Below are positions 53,780-64,000 of a DNA stretch of 64,000 nucleotides, in pieces. Numbering within the stretch: position 1 is the stretch's first letter; every line of letters starts with the position of its first letter. The notes beneath the pieces are model-generated. The model was given only the letters and a program-made list of their open reading frames with translations, made no database searches and had not been told where the DNA came from. Source of the stretch: Pelagomonas calceolata (lineage: Eukaryota); contig CAKKNE010000002.1 of the NCBI GenBank assembly GCA_918797485.1, forward strand, positions 2,294,001 through 2,358,000, given 5' to 3'. Position numbers and translations under genes: made by a program.

Positions 53780-54715
53780 ATGCGCCGAACCATCATAGCT
53801 CTCGTACCTCTCACCGCGACGACGCTGGAACCCACGACGCGGCGGCGTGCCGCGCAACGCCTCGCCGCCGCGGCCGTGACCCTCGCACCGCTCGAATCCA
53901 ACGCCGTCCCGCCGATCCCGCTGCCCGAGGGCCGGCCGCCGCCCGAGGTGACCGCGCCGTCGAGCAAGCGCCAACTGCGCGTGGTCGAGGCGCTGAACGC
54001 CAAGGGGTTCGAGTTCTACGGAGCGTACTGGTGCCGCTACTGCGACGAGCAGCGCCGCGTGCTCGGCAAGCAGGCGTCGGCCGCCGTCGCGTACGTAGAG
54101 TGCGACCCCGGGGGCCTCGGCGCCGCGCCGGGCCTCTGCAAGGCGGCCAAGATCGGCGCCTACCCGACCTGGGCGGCGCCGGACGGGCGCCTCTTCTCCG
54201 GCGTGCGGTCGCTCGACGACCTCGAGGTGCTGGCGGGCCTGCGAAAGGCGGCGCCCGCCAAGAAGCCGACGACGAACAAGCCGCCGCCCGTCCTGCAGCC
54301 GTCGTCCCCCGACGCGCTGCGCGTGGCGACGGCCCTGGCCAAGAGCGGCGCCGTCTTCTACGGGACCTACTGGTGCCGCTTCTGCGACCAGCAGCGGCAG
54401 CTCTTCGGCAAGACCGCGTGGCCGCGCGTGCCCGCCTACGAGTGCGACCCGCGCGGCACCAAGGCGCAGCCGGCCAAGTGCGCCGCCGCCGCCGTCGAGG
54501 CCTACCCGACGTGGGTCGTCAACGGGAAGACGCTGACGGGCGTCCAGACGCTGGCCGCGCTCGAGGCCGCGCTCGGGGCATCTCCTTCCACGGCGGCGCG
54601 CGCCGCCGACGCCATCGTCGTCTCCCCCGAAAACGTCAAACGGCGGCGGACCGCGCCCGCCGAGGAGCCCTGCGACGACTGCGCCGTCGACGCGAAGCCG
54701 AGCGTTCCAACATAA
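53780..54715 (+). CDS. Tandem thioredoxin-like domain protein (LTO1/VKOR Trx-type domains)
   Basis: Two FYGxYWCxxC..Q...EC...C...YPTW units. Confidence 0.8.
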   Translation: MRRTIIALVPLTATTLEPTTRRRAAQRLAAAAVTLAPLESNAVPPIPLPEGRPPPEVTAPSSKRQLRVVEALNAKGFEFYGAYWCRYCDEQRRVLGKQASAAVAYVECDPGGLGAAPGLCKAAKIGAYPTWAAPDGRLFSGVRSLDDLEVLAGLRKAAPAKKPTTNKPPPVLQPSSPDALRVATALAKSGAVFYGTYWCRFCDQQRQLFGKTAWPRVPAYECDPRGTKAQPAKCAAAAVEAYPTWVVNGKTLTGVQTLAALEAALGASPSTAARAADAIVVSPENVKRRRTAPAEEPCDDCAVDAKPSVPT

Positions 54716-54730
54716 GTATAGAAAACAATC

Positions 54731-55729
54731 TTAGCGGGCCGCCACTTGCGTCGTCGACTGCATGAGGTTCTTGCGGATCTCCATGAAGGTGGCCGACGAC
54801 TCCGCGGCCTGCTTCGACTCGAGGACGGCCTGCACGTTGCGGTTCCGCTGCAGGAGCCGCTTCGAGTCCAAGGTCCTTTGTTTGAGGTGCTCCTTGCGCC
54901 GCGCGTCGATGCGCTTGAGGAGCGCCTGGAGCTCGGCCTGCTGCTGGTTGCGGAACTGGCCGTCCTTGCGCGAGAACGCGCCGCCGCTCATGTTCTCGCA
55001 GGACTTGCGCTCCTTGTCCTCGAGTTTGTCGGCGATCTTCTTGATGCGCTGGGCCTCGGCGTAGTTCTTCTGGCGCGCGAGCATGTGCTGCCGCCGCCGC
55101 CACTCGAGGAGCTCGCGGGACCACTTCGGCGGCCGCTCGGCCATCTCGGACTGGAGCTTGCGCTGGAATTCCAGTAAGTTCGTCGCGTGGCGCTCCGTCA
55201 TCTGCTGGATGTAAATCTGGGCCATGCGGTCGTACTCGGCGAGGTACTTGTCCCAGCTCGCGTTGAAGTCCGTGTACTGCATGTTGTGGGCGATCTGCAC
55301 GTCCTGCCGCTCCGCGATCTGCCGCGCGCGCACGGCCTTCTGCTGGCGCTTCTCCTCCTGCTTCCGCAGCATCTCGAGCTGCTGGTGCGCGCGGTCCGCC
55401 TCGAGGTAGTTGCCCTCCTTCTCGCACTTGCGCCGGTACTGCTCGAGGATGCGCAGGAATTCCAGGACCTTGGGGTCGGGCTCCTCGCCGGGCTGGTCCG
55501 GCTGGCCCGCCTTGACGAGCTCCAGGAATTTTGCGAAGTCGACGGTCGTCGGCTCGGTCACGTCGAAGCGCTCGATGAGCTCGCGCGCGGCCTCCTGCTT
55601 GAGGCCGATCTTCTGTAAGAGGCTCTCGAGGTCCGCGGACGAGATCTCGCCCGTGCCGTCGGGGTCGTAGAGGGCAAAGATGCCACGCAGGGCGCTGATC
55701 TCCTCCTTGGAGTAGGCGGGGGCTGCCAT
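54731..55729 (-). CDS. EF-hand plus coiled-coil protein
   Basis: YDPDGTGEISSADL EF-hand; long helical C-terminus. Confidence 0.8.
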   Translation of the reverse strand: MAAPAYSKEEISALRGIFALYDPDGTGEISSADLESLLQKIGLKQEAARELIERFDVTEPTTVDFAKFLELVKAGQPDQPGEEPDPKVLEFLRILEQYRRKCEKEGNYLEADRAHQQLEMLRKQEEKRQQKAVRARQIAERQDVQIAHNMQYTDFNASWDKYLAEYDRMAQIYIQQMTERHATNLLEFQRKLQSEMAERPPKWSRELLEWRRRQHMLARQKNYAEAQRIKKIADKLEDKERKSCENMSGGAFSRKDGQFRNQQQAELQALLKRIDARRKEHLKQRTLDSKRLLQRNRNVQAVLESKQAAESSATFMEIRKNLMQSTTQVAAR

Positions 55730-56160
55730 GGCGTCTCCAATAGTCTCGCAGCAGAGCCCGGGGCTAATGAGGCGGCGGGGGCTGCCCGAGCCGGACGAAC
55801 CGGGGCGTGGAGGGTGCCTCTTTGCCTATGTTTGCGCAAAGCGCTATTTTACCCGTACGATGCTCCGGAAAAGTTTTGGGCGTATCCGTGCGCGCACTCG
55901 GTCCGCGCGGAGGTATCTGTACACGGGTGCGAAATTTTCACGAAAAAAAATGCCTGTGGGCAGGCGGAGCTAGCTGCCCGCCGCGCGGTTTTTGGTGCGC
56001 AGAGACGCACGCGAGAGCAAAACGTTCAAGCGCTCGGCACGAATCATCGACCGCGCCTGTTACCGGAGCCGACGCGATCACAAAAGAGCCTCTCGGCAGC
56101 AGCCCAGGAATAAGGATCAGCCCACAAGCAAGGAGGAAGGCAGCCCCGCAGCAAGCAACA

Positions 56161-56748
56161 ATGGCGGCCATCGTCCAGCCGCTCGGCGAACCGACCTTCG
56201 AGGACACGCACCGCGAGATCCGGCGCGAGCTCGAGCACGGCCTCGACGCCATGGGCAAGGAGCAGCCCGGCCTCGCGGAGACGTGCTACGCCGCCGCGCT
56301 CGAGCGGGCGTCGGCGCTGGACCCGGACAGCCGCCTGACGGCGAACTGCCTCGGCTACCTCGCCAAGGCCTGCGCGGCGCAGCGGAAGCACAAGATGGCC
56401 GCGACGATGCACGAGCGGCAGCTCCTCATCCTGAAGGAGCTGGCGGGCCGGGGCGAGGCGTCCGCGCTGGACCGCGCGAGCGTGCTGCTGGAGCTCGTGG
56501 CGATTTACGGGACGCTGGGCAAGGAGGACGAGGCCTCGAAACTCCGAGGCGAGGTCGACGCGCTCATGGAGGGCGTGCCCGAGCCGCGGCCGCCCTCCTC
56601 GGGCGACGATTCGTCCTCGGACGACGACGACGACGACGAGCAGACCGCGGAGGCGGCGTACATCGCCAAGCGGTCCGCGGATAGGTGGGACGGGACGTTT
56701 CGACTCGGAAACGGCTACCCGACGGCGTCGGGGCAATTGCCAGAATAA
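56161..56748 (+). CDS. TPR-like hypothetical protein
   Basis: Helical repeats (ANCLGYLA, LVAIYGTLGK). Confidence 0.6.
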   Translation: MAAIVQPLGEPTFEDTHREIRRELEHGLDAMGKEQPGLAETCYAAALERASALDPDSRLTANCLGYLAKACAAQRKHKMAATMHERQLLILKELAGRGEASALDRASVLLELVAIYGTLGKEDEASKLRGEVDALMEGVPEPRPPSSGDDSSSDDDDDDEQTAEAAYIAKRSADRWDGTFRLGNGYPTASGQLPE

Positions 56749-56758
56749 GAACTTCTAA

Positions 56759-59044
56759 TTACGCGACGCCCTGGGGCGCCCCCTGCTGCGAGAGCATCGT
56801 CGCGACCGCACTCAGTTTGGAGAGGACCTCCTTGCGGAAGCGCGCCTGGTCGGCGCGGAGCTCCTCGAACTGCGCGCGCAGCCGCCCGTCGACGGCTTGC
56901 ACGGCGCCCGCGCCGCTCGCGTCGAGGCCCGCCGAGACGTTGTCGCGCAGGTCGGCGCCCTCGCTCGTCAGCGCGCCGCGCTGCGAGCCCGGGTCCTTGC
57001 AGGCGTGCGACACGAGGTTCGGCAGCGGGTGGAGCAGGTTCCAGTGCGACCGCGCCGACCGGCCCGTGCGCCGCGGCGTCGACGAGATCGACGACGTTAT
57101 GGGCCGGCGCGGCGTCCGGCGCGGCGTGGTCGTGCGCGACGACGGCGGCGTCGGCCCCGCCTGGGGCGCGTCCTCGGAGGAGTCGCTGCGCCGGCGGAAG
57201 AGCGCCTGGTTCGCGTCCTCGCGCGACGTCAGCGTCCGGCGCATCGTCACGAGCAGCGAGTTCGACGTCGCGTCGGCCTCGTCGGGCGTCGGCGGCGCCG
57301 AGTCCCCGGTCTGGGCGGGCTCGACGCGCCGCCGCCGCAGCGAGGGGAACCTCGACGACTTTCTGCGGGCCTTGAGGAGGTCGGCCGTGCGCAGCGCCGC
57401 GAGCACGTCGCGCTCCGACCGCCGTACCGCGTCGAACATGTCCGCGCGCGACAGCGTCCGGGCCTCCGTGATCATGATGGCCCGGATCGTCGCGTTGCGT
57501 TTGGCCGGCTCGGCCATCATCGCGCCCTCGCCGAAGAACTGGTTCCGCGAGAGCAGGGCGACGCGCCGCTGCCGCGCGCCGACCGACACCAAGACCTCGA
57601 CGGCGCCCCGTACCAAAAAGAACATGGCGTCGGCCTCGGAGCCCTGCCGGACCACGACGTCGCCGGGGCTGAAGTGCGCGATGTGCAGTTTCGCCGCGAT
57701 CGCGCGCAGCAGCGCGGGCGCCGCGGCGTCCTTGAGGAAGTTCACCTGCTCGAGGAAGTGCAGGTTCCTTTCCAGCGTCAGCTTCGACCGCAGCTCGAGC
57801 GTCAGCCCGTCGAGCAGCCGCTGCTCCTCCGTCAACGTAAGCGTATACCGCTGGGCCTTGGCCACGGCGTGCTCGCGGATCTCCTGCCTTAACCCCGCCG
57901 AGATCTTGTGCTCGTCCATGTATAAATTTAATTGGTGCATCGACTGCGCGAACTGGCGCTTCTTCCACTGGAGCTGGTCCCGCAAATGAATCATGGACGA
58001 CGTCCCGACCGTGAAGATGGCCGCGCCGACGATCATGACCACGATGCTCAGGCAGCGCTCCGCCGTCGACGCGCCGGCCACGTCTCCTAGCCCGACCGTC
58101 GTCACGATCATCACCGTCCAGTAAAAGGACGCGATGTAGTGGTCGACCTTGCTGCGGCCGTTCATGCCGTGGCGCGCGATCCACGTCGCCGGCCGGAAGT
58201 CGCCCTTGCGGTGCGCGTAGTACACGCAACTCCCGGACGCATCCCGCTCGGCGCACCTATCGTCTTGAAAACGGTTCTGCGACGCGACGAAGTAGAACGC
58301 GCACGCGAAGAAGTGGCAGAAGATGAGTGTAATTACGAGGAAGTTCAGCATCTGGAAGTAGTTCTGCGACATGATGAACGTGTACTCGAGGCGCGCGAGC
58401 ACCCGGTTCATCCGCAGAAACTTGAAGACCTTGAGCGCCCGCACGAGTCGCATCGACTTGAGGAGCTTAAAGTACCGCACGAAGTTCACGTCGCTATCGA
58501 GGCGCCGCCTCTCGTTGTCCGCCTTCGTCGGCGTCGCCAGCGCCACGATGTCCAACAACAGCGGCACGATCGCCGCGAAGTCCACGAGGAACCACGTCCG
58601 CAGGTATTCCGTGGCGATGTCCCTCCTGTCGGTCAGGAGGCGCCGGTGCACCTCCCGCCCCTCGACGTGCTCGACCTCGACGGCGGTGTTAAAGTTCAGG
58701 AAGATGTCCACCACGAAGAAGAAGTCCACGATCATCGTGAAGATCATGACCCCGTTCGGCTCGCCCGTCCGCGTCCACATGGCCACTTCGAAGCACTCGA
58801 CCACGGGCATCTGCACGGCCGCCACGAACAACAAAAAGAGCGTCGCCACGTCCCAGGACGACCGGAACGTCGCGAACGGGTGCAGCATGTACTTCGGGAA
58901 CTCGCGGTGCGCCTCCATCTCCTGGTTCTGGGCGCTCGAGCGCTGCATGAGGTTCGCGGGCAGCGGCGCGATGCCGTCCGTGTCGACCGTCGGGCTCTCG
59001 GCCTCCTTCTGCTCCCCGGGCGGCTCCCCCCTGGGCTCCTCCAT
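56759..59044 (-). CDS. Voltage-gated K+/cyclic-nucleotide-binding (EAG/HCN-like) channel
   Basis: Six TM segments with basic S4, pore TTVGLGD, CNBD FFGE...RNAT. Confidence 0.88.
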   Translation of the reverse strand: MEEPRGEPPGEQKEAESPTVDTDGIAPLPANLMQRSSAQNQEMEAHREFPKYMLHPFATFRSSWDVATLFLLFVAAVQMPVVECFEVAMWTRTGEPNGVMIFTMIVDFFFVVDIFLNFNTAVEVEHVEGREVHRRLLTDRRDIATEYLRTWFLVDFAAIVPLLLDIVALATPTKADNERRRLDSDVNFVRYFKLLKSMRLVRALKVFKFLRMNRVLARLEYTFIMSQNYFQMLNFLVITLIFCHFFACAFYFVASQNRFQDDRCAERDASGSCVYYAHRKGDFRPATWIARHGMNGRSKVDHYIASFYWTVMIVTTVGLGDVAGASTAERCLSIVVMIVGAAIFTVGTSSMIHLRDQLQWKKRQFAQSMHQLNLYMDEHKISAGLRQEIREHAVAKAQRYTLTLTEEQRLLDGLTLELRSKLTLERNLHFLEQVNFLKDAAAPALLRAIAAKLHIAHFSPGDVVVRQGSEADAMFFLVRGAVEVLVSVGARQRRVALLSRNQFFGEGAMMAEPAKRNATIRAIMITEARTLSRADMFDAVRRSERDVLAALRTADLLKARRKSSRFPSLRRRRVEPAQTGDSAPPTPDEADATSNSLLVTMRRTLTSREDANQALFRRRSDSSEDAPQAGPTPPSSRTTTPRRTPRRPITSSISSTPRRTGRSARSHWNLLHPLPNLVSHACKDPGSQRGALTSEGADLRDNVSAGLDASGAGAVQAVDGRLRAQFEELRADQARFRKEVLSKLSAVATMLSQQGAPQGVA

Positions 59045-59409
59045 GGTTACCCTGCCCTCGTGCGGTGCCTCGGGCTGCCCGCGCGGGCGCGCGTCGGTGG
59101 ATCCCACTGGCTAGCAGCAATGCCAAGGCCCGACGAGGTCCGGATTCCGCTGCACCAGTGTGGTCCTTAATAGCGCCTCGCGCTCCGCTCTCTCCCGCTT
59201 TTCTACCTTTTGTTTTTTTGATATTTAAGTCCTCATGGAGCTCCTCCTAGGACTCGCATGGTCCCTACGACTCCGCGCGAGCGGTCCGCGAATAAGTGAA
59301 TTTGTGCTGAGGCTTTTTGCCAAGCCTCTCCGGCGCTGCACTCTTCACGGCACGGGATCGCTGCCTTTTTGCTGCCTTTCTTGGCTCACGCGTCTCTCAG
59401 TTGGCCACG

Positions 59410-60522
59410 ATGCCCCGGCGCGCGGGACGGCGCGGCGGCCGGCGCGGCAGCGGCTCTCGACCACGGGGCCGGCCGTCGGTGAGCCCCGTGCGCCCCCGGG
59501 GGGCCGCGTCGCCACCCGTGATGCCAATAGGGATGTACGGCCAACCCGTCTACTACGCGCCGCCTATCGCTTACGCGCCGATGTACGCGGCGTCGGCGCC
59601 GCCGGCGCCCGGCGGCGGCAGCCCGCCGACGGGCTACTCGCAACAACCGTACGCGTCGGGCAGCCCGCCGCCAGGCTACTCGCCGCGCTCCGTCGCCGAG
59701 TGGCAGCGCTACTACGCGAAGCCCCAGCAGCCGTACCCCTACTACGGCGCCTACGCGTCGCCGCCCTACTCGCAGACGTCGTCGCCGCCGCCCTCGCCGC
59801 CGCAGCACGCGCCCTCCTACGCGGCGGTGCCGCCCCTGTCGCCCGAAGAGCCACCGCCGCCGCCGACCAGAAAGCGGAACCGCTATACGACGACCTATAA
59901 GCAGGGCCAGAGCGCCTTCCGCTTCAAAGGGACGGCTGCAAATATCCCTGCGACGCCGGCCGACGACGTCCAGCACTTCCCGGACGCGCGCGGGCGCCCG
60001 TCGGAGCGGTCGCCGCCGTCGAAGCGCGACGTGTCGCCCGTCGTCTCGCCGCGCGGGACGACGCGGTTCCGCATCAAGCCCGGCGCCTACGACAGCCTGT
60101 TTCCCTCGTCGCCGGACGCGGCCAACGATAACGTCTCCGTGGAGAAAAGCGACAATGCGGTGCCGCCGGCGCTGCTCGAGCGCTTCGAAGCCATGGACGC
60201 GGCCGAGACGCGCAAGCGCGCGGAGTCGGCGGATGCTCAGTCCGCCGCGTCGAGCCCGCGAACGATCGCGTCGCCGGGCACGACGCCGCCGGCCTCGCCG
60301 CCCTCACAACCGCGGCCCGTCTGGTCCGGCGCGTGCGACGACAACGCTTCGTGGGCGGAGGAGCCGGCGCCGGCAGAGCCCGGATTAGTGCATCGCGGGG
60401 AGATATTTTTTTCGCCAGGCAAGCCTGAAGTGGTTCCGACGCCGCGCGGCAGCCGCGGGTCCAAGTTCGACCTGCCGTCGCCGTCGACGGCGCTCGGGGC
60501 GCTCCAGAACGACCTCTTCTAG
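59410..60522 (+). CDS. Pro/Tyr/Ser-rich hypothetical protein
   Basis: GC3-rich low-complexity ORF. Confidence 0.6.
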   Translation: MPRRAGRRGGRRGSGSRPRGRPSVSPVRPRGAASPPVMPIGMYGQPVYYAPPIAYAPMYAASAPPAPGGGSPPTGYSQQPYASGSPPPGYSPRSVAEWQRYYAKPQQPYPYYGAYASPPYSQTSSPPPSPPQHAPSYAAVPPLSPEEPPPPPTRKRNRYTTTYKQGQSAFRFKGTAANIPATPADDVQHFPDARGRPSERSPPSKRDVSPVVSPRGTTRFRIKPGAYDSLFPSSPDAANDNVSVEKSDNAVPPALLERFEAMDAAETRKRAESADAQSAASSPRTIASPGTTPPASPPSQPRPVWSGACDDNASWAEEPAPAEPGLVHRGEIFFSPGKPEVVPTPRGSRGSKFDLPSPSTALGALQNDLF

Positions 60523-60644
60523 GTCCTAATATACCATCGTGTTTTCTAGAGGTGTCTTCGTAGGCCGATCCGTGGTGTTCCTCTCGACCGCGCGACGACC
60601 CCGGGCCGGAGCAGTAAGCGTCTCACAGATGATGATATTTACAA

Positions 60645-62676
60645 CTAGGTGGGCAGCGGCCTGCCCTTGGTGACGTCGAGGTTTCGGATCTGGATCGTGC
60701 CCAGGATCTGCTCGGGCAGCTCGTCGTCGCGCTTGCCCTCGATCACGAACGAGATGTCCACCACGAGGGCCTTGGCGTATCCCCCGCAGAGCCGGACGAC
60801 GCCCGCGGCGATCTGCGAGCTGCCGATGTCGATGTCGATCTCGAGGTAGTCCGCGCCTGTGCGCAAATCAAACAGTAAGTCGGGTGCACGGCGACAACGC
60901 GACCTTGATGACTGAATCGAGTGGTGCAAGACCCACACTGCCACACCATCGAGCTGGCGTCACGTCGATGGCGTGGAGGTCATGAGACGATCGAGTGGTG
61001 CAAGACCCACACTGCCACACCATCGAGCTGGCGTCACGTCGATGGAGACGCGCCGCGACAATTTGATTTATGCACAGGTCCGCGCCGCGCCAGTACCACT
61101 GCTTGAGCTGCTTGCCGAGGACCGCGGGCCGCTGCCCGACGGCCTTGCGCACGACCCAGTTCGAGTCCAGCATGCGCGGCGTCAGCTTGAAGCGCGCGTC
61201 GCGATAGGTGTCGTCGTCCCCGAAGAAGAAGGGCCGCGCGACGCGGCCGAGCGGCGTCGCCTGATCTTTCAGCGCGGCCGGGTCCTTGCAGACGTAGTAC
61301 ATGGCCAGCGTGTAGGCCGGCGGGCCGGGCACGACGAGCGTCACGACCATCGTGAACGCGTCGCAGCCCTCGTAGGCCTTCCGCGCGAGCGCGAGCCGGT
61401 TCCGCGGGTGGCCGCAGACATGCAAACCCTTCCGCTCGCCGTCGTCCGCCTCGATGCCGGCGGGGTCGCGGTGCCACAGGAGGTCGACGGCCGCGAGCGC
61501 GAACTGCGCGTCGCCGCGGTTCAGGACCTTGATCCGGTCGCGCAGGTAGTTCGCGCCGCGCACGGGGAACGTGTCCGCGCGCGGCGACGACCAGTAGCGC
61601 TTGCCGCACGTCGGCGTCGCGTCGTGCAGCGCCCGCGCCCAGGGCCGCCACGCCGCGTTCTCGTCCGCCTCGTCCGCCTCCTCCACGAAGGCCGCCTCGG
61701 CCTCGTCGTCGTCGTCGTCCTCGGCCGTCGCGAAGCGGTCGAGCTCGACCCGCGCGCGCGCGCCGACGTCCACGAAGCGCCGCGCCTCGGCCGCGTCCTT
61801 GGCCGCGAGGCCCAGCAGCGCGACGCGCCGCGCGATGGCGTCGAGCCGCTCGGCCGCGAGCGGCCGCCGCGCCACGGCGACGGCCTCGCAGTCGAGGGCC
61901 ACGCCGTCCCAGTCCTGGCCCTCGCGCACGCGGAACGTCGCCTTCGTCGACACGTCGTCGCCGTCGGAGAAGTGCGCCTCGAGCGACGCGCCCCACGGCT
62001 CCGCCGTCGCCAGGCAGGGGACGCTCTCGTCCGGGCCCGTGGCGAGGGCCGCGCCGCGCCGCGGCGCCTGGACGCGTGTTATGCGGCCGCCCGGCGCCGC
62101 GTGGACGCACTCCTTGACGGCCCGGATCAGGTCGTCGCGCGTCGACCGCACGGACGCGGCGCACCGGCGGACGCTCGACTCCTGCGCGCGGCGCCGGCGG
62201 GCGCCCGGCTCGAGCGCCGCGCAGCTCGCGACGTGCTGCCGCCACGTCTCCGCGCGCCGGCGCGACGTCGCCGCGAGCAGCACCTTCGCGCCGCCGGCGC
62301 GCTGCACGCGCGGCGCGACGGCCGCGAGCAGCGCGGCAGCGAGCGCGAGCAGCGCGGCGCCGGCGAGGGCGAGGCTCGCCGTCGCCGCCGCGCCGGCGGC
62401 GAGCGCGGCCGCCGCCGCCGCCGGCAGGAACGACCGCGGCGGCGGCGCGTCCGTGACGACGGAAAACCGGTGCGTGCCGTCGCGCGCGCCGTCGACTCTG
62501 CCGACAGACGCACCGCGGAGCTGAAGGACACAACACGGGGCATCAAACTTCTCATCCGTAAAACAGAAAAGCTGGCGCTCGTCGACGGCCAGCACGACGT
62601 AGGCGCGCGCCCACTCTGGCCGCTGCGTTTGGGCATTTTTTTGACGGATGAGGAGCTCGCCTTGCTGGGTGGTCAT
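60645..62676 (-). CDS. EDR2-like protein (PH-like N-terminus plus DUF1336); exons 62676-61086, 60856-60645
   Basis: FPVRGANYL, RFKLTP, YLEIDIDIGSS, ELPEQILG. Confidence 0.85.
60857..61085 (-). mobile_element. Introner 13 (GC-AG, 229 bp)
   Basis: Perfect TSD gtccgcgc at 60849-60856 and 61078-61085; ends ctgtgcgcaaatc / gatttatgcacag. Confidence 0.92.
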
Positions 62677-62976
62677 ATTTGTTGGAAGTGTTATTGCTGC
62701 CCAGCGGTTTTATCTCCGAGCGCTGCACCAGGAGCACCGTTTGCGGCTTCGTATCGATGTGTGCTCGTCGTGTGAACTGTTCACGCGCGCGCGGCGCGCG
62801 GCGCGCAGGCTAAGCCTCCCCGGCGCGCCGGCTCATCATCCTCCGCGCCGGGATCGCAGCTAACCCATCGTGGAGGGGTCGGAGAGGGTATGAAGGGTCG
62901 GGACGTGCAATCCACGCGTCTTCGGCGCCCTTTTCACGGGTTTTGTCTAAATGAGGATTGGCTCAAAGACGGCAAA

Positions 62977-63558
62977 ATGGCATCGCGAACGCTCGTAGCA
63001 GCTTGTCTGCTTTCCGTGGCGGCTGCGTACAGTCCCAGCGTCCACCTGGCGAACTCCGCTACTGAAATGATTGGGTAGCCGTCGTGTACAAGCTGGAGTA
63101 GTAGAGCGCCAGCCGGCGGGCTATTTAGGGCCGCGAAGGCACAGCGAGCACACCAATTGCCGCCACGCGACCGCGCGGCCACTGCTCATGCAGCGAGAAG
63201 CGGTCGCGAGACTGAGGCTTCGCACGGCGAGACGTCCGCCGCGCCGCCGCCGACTCGGACGCTTCTTAACCGCTTCCTGGACACCACCCTAAACGCCCCT
63301 ACCCCGCCGCGCAGGTTCGTCGCGCCGCAGGGCGCCGTCGCACGAAGCGCGCCGCTCCTCGCGGAGAAGGCCGCGTCCTCGGTGAGCGTCGCGCAGGTCG
63401 GCCAGGCCGCCGCCGCGACGACGCTGCTCGCCGCGCTGCCGGCGAACGCGTTCTCGGCGGCCTACCTGCCGGCGATCCTCGTGCCCGTCATGTGCCTGGT
63501 CATGCCGGTCCTCGGCATGGGCCTTTTCACCCTCCTCACGCAGAAGGAGGAGATCTAG
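62977..63558 (+). CDS. psaI: Nucleus-encoded photosystem I subunit VIII; exons 62977-63026, 63315-63558
   Basis: Mature AAYLPAILVPVMCLVMPVLGMGLFTLLTQKEEI; spliced presequence MASRTLVAACLLSVAAA-FVAP. Confidence 0.8.
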
Positions 63559-63891
63559 GTGTTCCGAGCTGTAAAATTGGAGGTTCCCAAAATCGACTTC
63601 CTGCTGCTCCCTTACAGTTAGGCAGCTGGCACTCGTCTCACAATAATGCTGCGCGGCTAATTAAATCGTCGAAAAACAGGTTTTGTGAGCCAAAGTCGCG
63701 CCCGTCGCTGCCTTGCCATACGCCTCCACGTGCTCGCTGTATTGATTCTGACCTGTTTTTAGCGTGCAAGCAGTGGGGCGAACTTATTACGGTACACCGC
63801 TGCCGCAACAGCAGCGACAGAGCGACAGACACTTTGCTGCCGTCGCCGCGGCCGCGTGTCTCGGTGCCGCAAGCGCCGCGACGCGTAAGCG

Positions 63892-64000
63892 ATGGCCGGC
63901 GTCGTCTTCCAGGACGATTTCGAGGTCGCGCAAATCAACCCGGAGGGCGCCAAGTTCGAGAAGGTGAATCGTCTCGTGTGCAAGGGCGTCGTCTACGAGA
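63892..64000 (+). CDS. RPB8: RNA polymerase I/II/III common subunit Rpb8, 3'-partial
   Basis: MAGVVFQDDFEVAQINPEGAKFEKVNRL. Confidence 0.85.
   Translation, partial: MAGVVFQDDFEVAQINPEGAKFEKVNRLVCKGVVYE

Noticed and set aside
60546..60568. Possible extra copy of the upstream motif (ctagaggtgtcttcgtaggcc); weak matches also near 13410 and 53575
   Set aside because: Too degenerate to count; this copy lies between convergent genes and would weaken the promoter hypothesis if real
1..64000. Many long Arg/Ala/Gly-rich overlapping ORFs in the track
   Set aside because: Shadow frames of high-GC3 genes with no recognisable motifs

Overview
GC-rich, gene-dense eukaryotic nuclear DNA from a photosynthetic stramenopile, most likely a pelagophyte (inferred from bipartite plastid-targeting presequences, CEP76, myosin and Aureococcus-type introners). 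About 40 protein-coding genes, mostly single-exon. Main results: (1) 13 clear introner elements plus one decayed copy. These are MITE-like insertions with 8-bp target-site duplications (TSDs) and ~13-bp terminal inverted repeats (TIRs, CTGTGTGGAAATC type). They splice out without a scar, taking a GT/GC donor from the TSD and the AG from the TIR. Removing them restores 7 genes, including an 1810-aa kinesin. (2) A selenocysteine MsrA (G-U-F-W) missed by the ORF track, with an atypical SECIS-like hairpin. (3) A nucleus-encoded psaI with a tripartite targeting presequence. (4) An unexplained ~24-bp motif (GCTAGCGGCCTGTAAGACACTAG) found 8 times, always in sense orientation 50-240 bp upstream of a gene. 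(5) Bacterial-like genes (substrate-binding protein, HutX-like). All gene models are manual and lack transcript support.
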